DNA of 64,000 nucleotides from assembly GCA_951406725.2 (NCBI GenBank), contig OX597814.1, forward strand, positions 106,144,001 to 106,208,000, in the 5' to 3' direction. This DNA is from Octopus vulgaris. Its lineage: Eukaryota. The notes under the pieces are model-generated. The model did no database searches and was not told where the DNA came from. It was given only the letters and a program-made list of their open reading frames with translations. Below are positions 13,735 through 27,077 of the stretch, piece after piece; position 1 is the stretch's first letter, and each line of letters starts with the position of its first letter. Made by a program: the position numbers and the translations under genes.

Positions 13735-14728
13735 AATATTTACCAAACGTCCACAGTTAATTGCACTTTTACCTCCACACGAAGCAGATGTGTTCTCTGT
13801 ATTTGTGTACTGGCTCCAGTTAAGATTACACACACACACGCTCGATGAACTAAATGCTGGTTTCAAAGCATCATACATTTGTTGCTACTCTATAAATCCA
13901 AGAAAAAGTCCAGTTCCAATTTCTGTATTGTTTGATAATTAATTTTATATTCAGCCTTCCAGCATTTCATGTTTATGGCGGCCATTATACATAAACGAAA
14001 TTAGCGTTCAGGGCTGACAGAACACAGAAACTCATTCGGTATGATGCAAAATATTCTTGCTTTCGTGGAGAGGAGTATTAGTTTCTATGGTACTCTTAAT
14101 GAACAATAGAAATATATTTAATAATCAACAAATAAGGCAACTCCAGTTGCTATAAGCCGGGAGTCAATCTTCCTTCCAAATAGAAGCAGATTCAAAGAAA
14201 TAGATGCTTAAGAATTAATTCTAATCGTCAGGCTTGATTACTCTCCTTTATTTCCATTTCGATTGTCTCCCTTACAGAGAGCTATAACGTCAGAAAGGTC
14301 GACTAATATCATCTTTACGTGTTATGATTTAATCACAAAAGCACGTTGAATAGCAAAAAGCTGTGGTTAACGTTTGGAAAGCGTACAGTGTTTAATGGCG
14401 TGAACATAATGTGATCACTGTATCAAACAGTTGTTACAATGAACAAATAAAAACATTGGCTACCTAACTTCCTTATTCTGTCAGAACTATCTGCTTTTGT
14501 TAGCACAGCTCTATTTATTTGTCTCGTCTCTTATTTGCTTTAGTGCGCGATAGATAACACATATTGAAATGAACTTTGCATATATATAATTTCATTTCTT
14601 TTCAATAGGTAGCATGTATTGACATCCCATCAACTTTCAAGTTTTACTCCCACACATCTATATATCTGTAAATATGGAGGGTTATAAATATACATGTATG
14701 TATATATATATACATATATATATTTATG

Positions 14729-14823
<95 letters not shown>

Positions 14824-14837
14824 ATATATATATGTAT

Positions 14838-14872
<35 letters not shown>

Positions 14873-15036
14873 AGTTAGAGGTGTTACGCCCTCTAACGGA
14901 TAGAAGTATCCAGAGGCACTCCTGGTAATTACCTCCGTAAACGCACTCTCACCTTCACCTTGCTTAACTAATTAAATAATGGCTTTTTATAACCAAAGAT
15001 ACGCTTCTAGTTGTTGTTTTCCTCCATTATCTGATC

Positions 15037-15079
<43 letters not shown>

Positions 15080-15264
15080 TGTATGTGCCTGTATGTATGT
15101 GTATGTATGTATAATTATAAATGTTTGAGAGAACGTAAAATAAATTTCTTTTTGGAATAGTGGATCACGAAGCACATAAAGCTATTGAATAAGAGCATGT
15201 AATTATTTACACACTATCATTAATGCATGCATACTTGTCAATAAAAATATGTATGAATACTTGA

Positions 15265-15398
15265 CTCGGACTTTATTTTATCGACCCCGAAAGGATGAAG
15301 GGTAAAGTAGACCGCGGCAGAATGTTAACACGGAATGTAAAAAGTCGGAAGAAATCCCGTTAAGTCCGAGGCGCTAGCGAATTTTGCCAGCTCTCCGG
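15265..15398 (-). mobile_element. Diverged family A SINE fragment
   Basis: tttatcgaccccgaaaggatgaagggtaaagtagacc is the reverse complement of the family A central domain. Confidence 0.65.
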
Positions 15399-15603
15399 TA
15401 CAATAACGAATACTGGTAATATATATATGCGTTATATTGTAGATTTGAGTCTAAATAATGTCTATATTCCCAGCTTTCTTCTTCCTCATCAGGCGAATCT
15501 GAAGTTGGAACCTGTGAATCATAGGAGAGTTTAGTCAATTTTATAGATGTGATTTTGTTTCCTTACCCTTCCTCTGAGCGTCAGAGTTAGTAAAACGAAA
15601 ATA

Positions 15604-16041
15604 CAGTGTTACCTCGCAGTACGAGTTTAATTCGTTCCATGACCGAGCTCTTCTTACGATTTACTCGTTTTACAAATCAGTTTTTCCCTATTGAAATTAA
15701 CTGAAATACAATTAATCTGTTCCGCCCCCCACCCAAACAAAAACTCACTCGAAAATAATTTTTTATGGGTTTTAAAAGTAAAACTAAAATGACAATTATA
15801 AAAAAGAGAATGCAAAAGAAATATGTAAACTGGTTTTATTAACTGAATGTGATGTGTGGTCGTACTGCGGTTTTCCGATCGTACTTTAAGACAAAAATTC
15901 GCACGAGTCTCGTACAATTAATTACTCATACAATGATGTACACGTACAATAGTGTACTCGTACAATGGTGTACTCTACAATAGTGTACTCGTACAATAGT
16001 GTACTCGTACAATGGTGTACTCGTACTGCGGGATTCTGCTG
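15604..16041. mobile_element. Tigger/pogo-like MITE with an internal 16-bp tandem repeat
   Basis: ta|cagtgttacctcgcagtacgagt ... actcgtactgcgggattctgctg|ta imperfect TIRs with TA flanks; unit tcgtacaatagtgtac repeated at about 15909-16026. Confidence 0.7.
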
Positions 16042-17565
16042 TATCTCAGACGATCGCTTCAGTAAAAGCATAAGGCGTCCTGTTATTTATATGAAAAGAA
16101 TAAGGGTGATTTTATTTTATAGAAGAGCGCTCATAATTTTGAATCGGATGCTCTACTGATTCTCATTATGTTTGAATATGGCAGTAATCATTCAAACCGA
16201 AGCTCCACCACTGGGACATCGAAGCAAGTTGTATCAGTAAAATGTTGGGCCATAACTTAGTCGGCAATTATTTCAGTTTTCTGAAATTCTGTCTGGAAAT
16301 TCCTTTAAAGGAAATTGGATCACGGCGGAACTAATTATGGAGAAATTGCTGAGGTAAGTAATAATTAGGATGTATTTTGTGTATGTATGTGTACGTGTGT
16401 GTGTGCGTGTGTGTGTGTGTGTGTTTGAGTGTGCGTTTGTTCGCGCTTGCGTGCGTTAGTGTGTGTATGTGCAGGAGAGTGAGAGAGAGTATGTGTGAAT
16501 TATGTGTATTTGAGCGTGTGTGTGTGTGTGTGTGTGTGTGCGTGTGTGTGTGCGTGCGTGTGTACGTATGTGTGTGAAAGAGTGAGAGGGAGAGGAAGAG
16601 TATACGCATGCTTTTTAAAAAGAGGTTAGCGTGTGTTAAGAGACCCGCGCTTAGGAATGGCAACAAGCATGGAAGTTATTGAGAATGCGTACATGCGTGT
16701 GTGAGTGTGTGTCTGTGTGTCTGTGTGTGTGTCTGTGCGTGTCTGTGTATGTCTGTGTGTGTCTGTGTGCATTAGTGTTTATAGGACATACGTGAATTAA
16801 GAAAAAAAGTGTTCAATACGTAGCCATACCAAATCTCTCGTGTTACTTCCTGTACCAAGCACTTTACTGCATTGCTATAGAAACGAACCCACTTGTCCAT
16901 TGTCATCACTTTGACCTGGATACGGAGATTAGCAACTTAGAAAACCGTTCTCATCAACCAACGCAGCATTGCTTTCACCACAATCAACTTTACTGTAAGG
17001 ATAAACAATCAACGAATTGTATGAAACGAAAGAAACATTTAACGACAAAGAACTGGTACAGTTTCAATTCGGCCTTTTAATTCATACTTTAACCGCAGTA
17101 CAAAGAACACTTTTAGGGTTTTTCATGTTTCTGTCAGAATCTTTCGAGCTCATTTGAGAAAGTGCCACTTCTACAAATTCCCAGAAAGTAGATGCTATTT
17201 AGAACCTCATCATTCACTTATAGAATCACGCTTGTCTCTTTAATAGGATGTCATTAACGGTGACTTCCAGAAATAATGCCATTAACAGAACTTTCTAGCA
17301 GACCTTTACTTTTCAGAGGCCAGAGACTCACAGAAATTTAAATCCTGGAAATAATGCGATTGACATTGTTGGGAATGGTTGTTGATGGCGGCGTGAAGAC
17401 ATATGTAGAGTTGGAACTAGTTCTTAGATTTTACTGGATTTCTTCAAAATGTCCAAAATTCCGTTGCTAAGTAAAGAATAAGCAATGGAGATCTTCATTG
17501 AAATATTTCCTCGTTTTTCATTTTTACGTGAATAAATTCATTCCTCATTATCAATGAATGAAGGC

Positions 17566-17641
<76 letters not shown>

Positions 17642-17644
17642 GTA

Positions 17645-17696
<52 letters not shown>

Positions 17697-18056
17697 CAGT
17701 GGTGGCGGTGATGGTTGTGATTGTGGTGGTGAGGGGGTGATTATGCTTTGAGAATTTTGTAGATGAGACACTGGTTTTCGTTGTTTTCGTTGTCTCCACC
17801 ACCACCACCACCACTGCCACCACTGACACCGCCAACACCACCACCACCACCGTCACCTCCATCACCACCACCACTATCACCATCCTCACATCATCATCTT
17901 TACCACCACCACCACGATCATCATCTTCACCATCATCATTATCAACATCATCATCATTACCACCACCACAACCACCGCCACCACCACCGTAACCACCCGC
18001 CACTGCCACCACTGACACCGCCAGCACCACCACCAATACCACCAATACCACCACCA
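17566..18056. repeat. (TAG)n followed by (CAC/CAT)n trinucleotide repeats
   Basis: Seen directly. Confidence 0.95.
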
Positions 18057-18165
18057 CAAGGTCGACTTGGTAATTAAGGTACGGTTGGTGGTTGTAATGT
18101 CAGTTATAGTTGTGGTGGTGGAGATAGTAGTAGTAACAATGGGCGAAAGTAATGGAGTTGATTAT

Positions 18166-18594
18166 AGGCACCGACGTGGCTGTGTGGTAAGAAGCTTGCT
18201 TCCCAACCACATGGTTCCAGGTTCAGTCCCACTGCGTAGGCAAGTCTTTCCTACTATACCGCCAGGCCGGTCAAAGCCTTGTGAATGGATTTGGCAGACG
18301 GAAACTGAAAGAACCCCGTCATATATATAAATATATGTGTGTGCGTTTGTGTGTGTGTGTGAGAGCGAGTGTGTGTGCATATGTTTGTGTTTGTGTTTGT
18401 CTCCCATCACTGCTTGATAACCGACATTGGTGTGTTTACATCCCAGTAACTTAGCGATTCGGCAAAAGAGACCAATAGAATAAGTACCGGGCTCTAAAAA
18501 ATAAGTTCTGAGGTCGATTCATGCAACTAAAAGTTCAAGGCGGTGCCCCAGCATGGCCACAGTCTAATGACTGAAGCATGTAAACGATAAAAGA
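18166..18594 (+). mobile_element. Family B CORE-like SINE, full-length
   Basis: tRNA-like head (tggctgtgtggtaagaagc ... ggttcagtccc), CORE-like segment, internal (TA)/(TG) tract, right arm ending ccagcatggccacagtctaatgactgaa. Resembles the octopus OR-type SINEs as I recall them (not verified). Confidence 0.9.
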
Positions 18595-20612
18595 CGATTA
18601 AAGAAGCAATGGTGGTGGCGGCAGCAGCATGGTGGTGGTGTTGGTGGATTTTGCTGGTATAGCATATGAGGGTGTTGGAGGAAGTGACGAGATTAATTGA
18701 AATGCAGATGGTGGTGGTGTTGTTGTTGTTGTTGGTGGTGGTGGTGATGGTGATGGTGGTGGTGGTGGTGGTGGTGGTGGTGGTGGAGGTGGCGGCGATG
18801 ATATTAAATAGTTGTTGTTACCATTGCCGATGTTTACAATGGTGTTGGTGATTGTGATGGTTGTGTGGTTGGGGAGTAGATGAGTGATTCAGAGGCAGGG
18901 GAGTTGGTAAGGGTTCTGATGCCGGCAGTGAATAAGTTGATGAGGGTTAACATGGCATCGGGGGTGACGAGGGGTGGGGGCTGTGCTGGTGATGGTGGTG
19001 ATGGTGGTGATGGTGGTGTTTGTGATGGTGCTGATGATGGATGAAATGGTGTGGGTGGCGGTGAATGCATTAGGATAAGGAAATTATATATAAGGCCACC
19101 AGGATTAAATATCGATTTTAGATCGATTTGTCAAACGACCCCATTAAGAATAAAAATAACTGTTAAATGCAGGGCATTATCATTGAAGACAACCAGTTTA
19201 TTGTGACTAATGGAAACGTTCGATTGTGTAACCAGTGATATCATAGTGTTTAGGATAAAAGATGGTAGAAAGATTGCCCCGTTTAGATGGGGTGGCTCTA
19301 TCGCAGACAATAACCCATTGTATTTACTATAACGGAGATTTGGTTTTAGATTTCAGTTACTTTGTTTTTTTTGTTTTTGTTTTTACATTTTTACAGATAT
19401 GAGAAATGAATGAAACACATAATCTCACTTCTCTTTCTCCTCTTCTCTTTCACCCACTGTTCTCTCCCCTCTCTGTCTGTCTGTCTGTCTGTTTCTTTCT
19501 CTCTCTCTCTCTCTCTCCTCTAAGATCTCTCTACGGGCTTCTTACGCACTACGTCTGCACGACATATCACCATTACATTTCAGTAATCACATCGACAAAG
19601 ATACGAACATATTATCTGCACACGCTTACACACACACTAGATGTTTGAGGCAGCCCCATATTATTTAAAGCTCCATGGCTGTAGAACACGTCCATCTCAT
19701 CATGTAAAAAGAATTTAAAAGAAATTTAAAACTACTTCTGCGTAAGTGACTTAGGCCGTCATTGGTTAGTTCAAGTCACCTAATTGTTTATCTCTCTTAA
19801 AAATCTCTGTTCTTTAATTGAATTTCCGAAGTGGTGCAGTAGATAGGATGCCGGATCAGGTACTTGGCATTCTGCAACGAGCAATATTAAATGAGGTCAG
19901 TTTTTATTCGGCGTCACTTGTTGGACAAACATTAAGGTGTGACACTGTAATAATATTTACCATGTGGTGTGATAACAAAGTTGGATGAGTTTGTGTGAAT
20001 AGCATCGCTGCCTGGTGATAGTAGAATGTAATCCCTCGCTAGGTGTATGATGGTATCAACGTTGGTACCTCTGGTAACAACAATAGTTTGGCTTTCCTCT
20101 TGGTGTGTGTTACAAGCTGGATGAGTAAGTGCAATTTCTCACGGGACCAAAGTTGGTGGGTACGAATTCCCGGGGAATAAGGAGTTACCCTGTCAAGTAC
20201 CCTCTAGATGAAGCGAGAAAGGGATGAGAAGTTTTCACTGTCCCTACGTCAGAAGGCATGCATATGTTGCATGTATTCTGTCTCAAAGTTATTATGTTCG
20301 TGTAGTCATATGATGTCATAGGATGGTATGAGATTGGTTCTATAAACAACCGATTTTGAGAGGCAGGATTCCATCCCACACCCACACCCCTCAATGTGCA
20401 GATGCTAAGACATCGACACTTACTCGTTGCTGTATGGGTGCCTGTTTGCTTCTGCATTAGCGTGCAATGCTGAAAGTGATATTATCTAAGCATGAGTAAC
20501 TAACGTTGAAGCTATGGGAATTGAAGAGTTTATGATATCTATGAGTAATTTGGAAATATTGTCTAGCTAGCATTTCGCTTATTATAAATACAAATTTCAC
20601 AAATATATATAT

Positions 20613-20653
20613 ACTAGCATTATGACCCGTCGTTGCCGGGTCATAGTGCTAGT
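20613..20653. mobile_element. Solo Helitron 3'-terminal hairpin
   Basis: actagcattatgacccg-tcgttgc-cgggtcatagtgctagt; same sequence family as the Helitron end at 21977-22016. Confidence 0.6.
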
Positions 20654-20673
20654 GCATGTATATATGTGTATAT

Positions 20674-20699
20674 ATGCTAGAGGGACAAACACAGACACA

Positions 20700-20786
<87 letters not shown>

Positions 20787-20936
20787 GACAGGCTTCTTTC
20801 AGTTTAGTCTACCAAATCCACTCACAAGGCTTTGGTCGGCCCGAGGCTATAGCAGAAGACACTTGCCCAAGATGCCACGCAGTGGGACTGAACCCGGAAC
20901 CATGTGGCTGGTTAGCAAGCTACTTACCACACAGCC
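20674..20936 (-). mobile_element. Family B SINE, left arm plus microsatellite
   Basis: Reverse complement of the family B head/CORE. Confidence 0.85.
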
Positions 20937-21053
20937 GTATAGGAAATTTATATATATTTTATTATCCTTATATTTTTCTCAATTTTTTTATTTCAGTAAG
21001 TATTTGATTTTATAAAGTTTAGCACTGTATATTCTTTTGGTCTCGTATATGTG

Positions 21054-21091
<38 letters not shown>

Positions 21092-21104
21092 CACATATAC
21101 GAGA

Positions 21105-21184
<80 letters not shown>

Positions 21185-21255
21185 TGTGTGTGTGAGTGCT
21201 TGTGCGCATGTGTGTGTGCGTGTGTGTATGTATACGTATATACATACATAGATAC

Positions 21256-21296
<41 letters not shown>

Positions 21297-21298
<2 letters not shown>

Positions 21299-21480
21299 TT
21301 TTAGTCATTGTACTGCGGTCATGCTGGAGCAAAGCCTTCAATAGTGTAGTTGAATAAATCGATCCCAGTACTTGTTTTAAAGTCTGTTACTCATTCTATG
21401 GGTCTCTTTTTGCCGCATCACTAAGATACGGGGATCTGAACGTCGGTTGTCAAGCTGTCTTCAGTGACAAACCCAAACAC
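21297..21480 (-). mobile_element. Family B SINE right arm
   Basis: agtcattgtactgcggtcatgctggagc... matches the family B 3' arm. Confidence 0.75.
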
Positions 21481-21977
21481 TAAGATATACACACATAAAT
21501 ATATACATACATGTATACACACACATGTATACATACACATACATTACATATATACGTACATACATACACATTATGTGTATGTGTGTGTATACATTTATAT
21601 ATTAACCTACCTACCTACCTACACACACACACACACACACATGCATATATATATATATATATGTATATACACACGCACGCACATATATATGTATGTATTA
21701 TGAACATACACACATATAAACAATGCTATTATCTTTTCCGGTCCCAGAATTTTTTTTTGAAATATGTCTTAAAACAATAATTATCACAACAACCTTAATA
21801 CTACAACAACAACAACAACAACAACAGCTTAAACAATGTACAAGTGTATAAATATATAAAGCAGTAATAAACAGTAATAAATACTGATAATTAAATAAAA
21901 TAGTAAAAAGCGGGTAAGATAAAGTAGTAGCACGTCGTAACCAACCCATCTTTTATTCAGTGACTTTTATTTAAAAA

Positions 21978-22650
21978 CTAGCATTACAACACGTCGTTGC
22001 CGGGTCATAGTGCTAGCTAATTAGCAGATAATCTAATGTAAAAGCACAGCTCCATCTGGACTATTCCATTTCTGCACGCTAATTTAATTTTTAATTTATT
22101 CCCATTCATGTGAAACCACTTGTTCAAGTTCAAGTCATTGATGCAATTTTATACCAATTGCTATTTTTACTTTTGTTATGTTACGATTATATTATACTTT
22201 AGTTTGATTTTAATTATTACTTACTACATATAATTCAATTGTTATTATTATTTTTATTGTTAAAGTGAAAGTATCTGACATAAAATAGAGAAATGTTTTT
22301 GTTTCACTTTTAACACGTAATACTGAAATAGTGGAGAAGATATGATATTGTTATGGGCTCGCTCTATGCAAGAAGTTGAACATTTCTTTTGCCCATAAAA
22401 CTACATGGACCCTAAGTAAGGCATGTGTAAAATTTGAATGAAATTGGTTGTCTAGTTCTCAAGTTTTAGGGAATCGTAGTGGAGAAGATATGATATTGCT
22501 GTGGGCTCGCCGCGGACACTCCGCGGACCCTAGGTAAGGCATGTGTAAAATTTGAAAGAAATTGGTTGTGTAGTTCTCAAGTTTTAGGGAAACACACAAA
22601 CAGACAGAGAGACAGACAGACACACATTCTCAGTTTTATATAGAGAGAGA
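21978..22650 (-). mobile_element. Non-autonomous Helitron
   Basis: Minus strand starts A|TCTCTCTCTATATAAAACTGAG, carries a (CTGT)n tract near the 5' end, and ends with a subterminal hairpin and CTAG|T; internal ~130-bp duplication at about 22330-22470 / 22477-22590. Confidence 0.75.
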
Positions 22651-22727
22651 TATATAGTAGAAGACACTTACCCAAGGTGCCACGCAGTGGGACTGAGCCT
22701 GAAACTTACCACATAGCCACTCCTGCG

Positions 22728-22830
<103 letters not shown>

Positions 22831-22993
22831 ATAAGCAAATTAAAATGGGTTCATGGGAAAATTCCTTTAAATAAAATGGTTGGTAACCACTGCGTTAGGC
22901 CATAATTAAATGATAACAAGAGAGAAATGCCTATACACTGATTTTTGTTTAATTATTATTCTGCACTGGGTTTTGAGCTGTGAAAACAAACTC

Positions 22994-23239
22994 CAGGTTA
23001 CAAGTTTTCAACCATTTTGTTACATATGGACCCGTCTGGTTCTTATTTTACTCATAGCCATTTGATGTTTAAAGATTCTTATTATATTTATATAATTAAA
23101 TAATGTTAGGAATTGTATAAAACATTGTTAAAATATTTTGTATATTGTACAAGTAAAACCAGTTTATTGCTCATAATTTTTAACAACAAAATCTTCTGTG
23201 AACCCCAAGGGCCATATGGGCACCTGTTGAGAACCACTG
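22994..23239. mobile_element. Probable hAT (Charlie-like) MITE remnant
   Basis: 3' end gttgagaaccactg is the reverse complement of the CAGTGGTTCTCAAC TIR type; the 5' TIR is degenerate. Confidence 0.45.
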
Positions 23240-24068
23240 CTCTAAGTGAACCAAGTTTGCGTTCCAGTTTCAAGAGATGGTTCATTCATTTATATTTTTT
23301 CACACAGATTTTACATCTGTTTTGCGACTGAGTTTTGTCGACCTTTGTCCTCATCAAATTCTTCCTAATGCTTTGTTCCTGAACGGCTGTAATTAGAGTT
23401 TCGGTTTTTCATTTAAGTTTTTTTTTTACTTCCGGCATTCTCGATTTGTTGCATGAATTGGACACATAATTCCTTCTCTCTCCAGCTACTCACTTCATTG
23501 TTCTTCTTTCCTGTTCTTGAATTCTCTTATTGTTCCATCCACGTTTTGGAGATTTCCAGCCACCAATAGCATTATTTCTTCATAATGTTCTTGCTGGTTT
23601 ATCCATGCAAATTACCTGATTTACCTGTCTATCTTGGAAAATAACCGGTTAGATGTGGTGCTTTTATAGTCCTGACCTCCGACATTTAGGGGAATTCGAA
23701 CCCAGAGTGCAGTGACACGAAACAAATATCAAAAGGTATTCTATCCGATTCTCTACTGACTCCGCAGCCTTCATGACTTGCAAAACAAAACGTGACCAAT
23801 ACTCCTCAATGTGAAATGGTACACTGCATAACGTAGTAGACAATAAATACAGACAGGATGGTCACATGGAAAGATTTTGGTCTTAGTGTTTCTCGTTAAG
23901 GATTGACCAGGGAATGAATAAGGACATCATACTAAACGAGACTTTGAACCCGGGAGCCCAGAATCTTGGTGCCACTGCTTAATCTGGACACCAGTAAATT
24001 AATAAAATAACCCCTGATGTAATATTTCTAGATTTTATTATATTTCTAAGCTGTACGTTCGATAGTAA

Positions 24069-24283
24069 TTGGTTTCAAATCTTGGCACAAGGCCAGCAAT
24101 TTTAGGCGAAGTGGTAAATCGATTACATCGTTCCTCCCCTTCTCCCGGAACTCAGCTGCTTCTTATTTTATCGACCCCCAAAAGGATAACGTCGGCGAAA
24201 ATTGAACTCAGAACGTAAAGACAGATGAAATACCGCAAAGCATTTCACCCGACTTGCTATCCATTCTGCCACCTTGCCGCCTT
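24069..24283 (-). mobile_element. Family A SINE (tail ggccttgtgccaagatttgaaacc)
   Basis: Head, B box and tail all recognisable on the minus strand. Confidence 0.85.
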
Positions 24284-24408
24284 ATCTTGTATCTATAATT
24301 AAAATCAGATTTAAGTAGTTTTACTAAAAATGACAACAACAAAAATTAATAATAATACCCCATAACTACAACTTTACTTCAGACCTACTGACCTTTTCTT
24401 TAGGAATA

Positions 24409-24501
<93 letters not shown>

Positions 24502-24657
24502 CCAGATAAAGAGACACAGAATTTCATTGAGAAGACCGAAACAGAATTACTTGATATAGTAATGAGCGCGTGGAAAAATAAATATCACATCCCGACCAGA
24601 GTGTTTGTGAAGAGGTATTACAACAGGGAATATAAAGGTTTACTTAAGCATTATCTT

Positions 24658-24707
24658 TATGATTATTATTATTATTATTATTATTATTATCATTATTATT
24701 ATTATCA

Positions 24708-24792
<85 letters not shown>

Positions 24793-24808
24793 CATTATTA
24801 TTATATCA

Positions 24809-24893
<85 letters not shown>

Positions 24894-24904
24894 CATCATC
24901 ATCA

Positions 24905-24986
<82 letters not shown>

Positions 24987-24998
24987 CATTATTATTAT
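24658..24998. repeat. (TTA)n microsatellite
   Basis: Seen directly. Confidence 0.97.
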
Positions 24999-25363
24999 TC
25001 AGATATTTTCATGGACGAAACGAAATACCATACCCTAGCTTCTGTAATGAACCGAAAAAACATTGAAATACCAACTGCTGAGCTTAAAGCGAGTTTTGTC
25101 ACATTTGTGAATAGGTTGATGAGATGAGAACAGAATCCGTGCAACACTTTCCATTCTCACACACAATATCTGTAAGCTGTATTAGCTGTCCGTTCTTCAG
25201 GGGATTTGGTTTTTGTTTACTGTTACATATAAGCGGGTTACTTGATAAATACCATTTCTTGTAATGAGCAATGCTCTTTGCAATATTTCACCTTTAAACA
25301 TATCTCTGGCTATACTTATGCATGAATGTTTGTATAAAGATATACATACATACATGCATATAA

Positions 25364-25398
<35 letters not shown>

Positions 25399-25691
25399 TG
25401 ATTGTGTGTATATGAGGTGGAGTATATGTATGTGTGTAGGATATGAGGGGTTTAGTTCACTTGTGATCTACACGAATAGGTACGCTGGGTAAGTGCTATA
25501 GACGGTCGACCATTAGGTTCCAAGATCACAGCTAAAGCTGGATCTAGGGATCCGTGTTAGGATTTCGTTATAGCAAGGATATATTATTATATTAGAGGAA
25601 AAATGAAAACAAGGACAGAACGAGTATCTCAAATCATTTAGAATAACTTAATTAGGGTAAGGTGAACTTGAAGTCTTACAGCTGGGATAAC

Positions 25692-25780
<89 letters not shown>

Positions 25781-25787
<7 letters not shown>

Positions 25788-26801
25788 GTAAAAAAATATA
25801 CAAACTGGGACAAGAACGTGAAACATTTAGAAGACGACACAAAAAAGAAGAACACGGACGGGACATTCGAAGCCCTCAATCATCAGTCAAGAACCGGATC
25901 ATCTTCGCAATTTCGGCTGATTAATCTTGAGATTGCTCCGATCTGGGCAGCCCCCAAGGGAAATCTAAGCCAAGCGCATTAGATTCCTTGGAAGAAAGCC
26001 TCGAATGTATACAACACAGGGACGGAAAACGGACGATATTACACGAATAAAAATACAAAAATACGTAAAAACAATGATAGCATGAATAAGAATACAAAAT
26101 ACGTAAAAACAATAATAGCAAAACCAGGACGTCAGGACGAGCGTCTTTTCGACAGGACGAGTTGAGTTTAGGGCTGGCTATGGAAGAGTGCCTTTAGGCC
26201 ACGGAGAACAAACAAATACGTGTTGCCACAATGACTGCTGGATGCGAAAAGGCAGTAGTCGCTGGCTGGTCACGTGAGCACAAAAGAGAGGAGAAAGGGA
26301 CAGATGAAGAGAGAAGGAAGGGGAACAAGGGAGGAGAAGAAAGAGAGAGAAAGAGACAGGTCAAGTGGGGTGTAAGGTGTGAGAGGCAGGGAAATGTGGG
26401 AGAGGGGGGACGGATGAAGAGAGAAAGAAAGAAGGGGAACAAGGGAGGAGAAGAAAGAGAGGGAAAGAGACAGTGTAGTAGAGTCATACCAATGTTAGAG
26501 AGTAATATACTTACGTATAGGGTCAAAAAGTGGGTACGTAGCCGCCATGTGTATATGTAAAAGTAAAAAAATATACAAACTGGGACATGAACGTGAAATA
26601 TTTAAAAGACGACACAAAAAAAAGAACACGGGCGGGACATTCGAAGCCCTCAATCATCAGTCAAGAACCGGATCATCTTCGCAATTTCGGCTGATTAATC
26701 TTGAGATTGCTCCGATCTGGGCAGCTCCCAAGGGAAATCTAAGCCAAGCGCATTAGATTCCTTGGAAGAAAGCCTCGAATGTATACAACACAGGGACGGA
26801 A
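25781..26801 (-). mobile_element. Family D element with ~245-bp direct terminal repeats (pLTR-like)
   Basis: 25781-26028 is repeated at 26556-26801 around a GA-rich spacer; both ends abut microsatellites. Confidence 0.65.
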
Positions 26802-26867
26802 ATACATGTATGTATGTATGTATGTATGTATGTATGTATGTATGTATGTATGTATGTATGTATGTAT

Positions 26868-27077
26868 GTGAGTGTGGAGCCTTTTGTGATCGATGCACTT
26901 GGAATCATCTCAGAGAGAGAAATATTCGAGCATCAAACGCTGCAAATATCAAATTTCATAGGAAGTTTTCAGTTGGTAGCCATATCTGGAGCGGCTGATG
27001 TGTTGAGAAAATTATTGCGAGTCTAAGTTGCTGGTTAGAGCTGAAACGTGACATAGATAAATCTAAAGTTAAGCGAC
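26868..27077 (+). mobile_element. R4/Dong-like LINE 3' end followed by (GAA)n
   Basis: SVEPFVIDALGIIS...FQLVAISGAADVLRKLLRV* resembles the R4 RLE C-terminus; short 3' UTR, then (GAA)n at 27078-27333. Confidence 0.6.

Noticed and set aside
15909-16026. 16-bp repeats as a CRISPR candidate
   Set aside because: Contiguous tandem units without unique spacers, inside a MITE.
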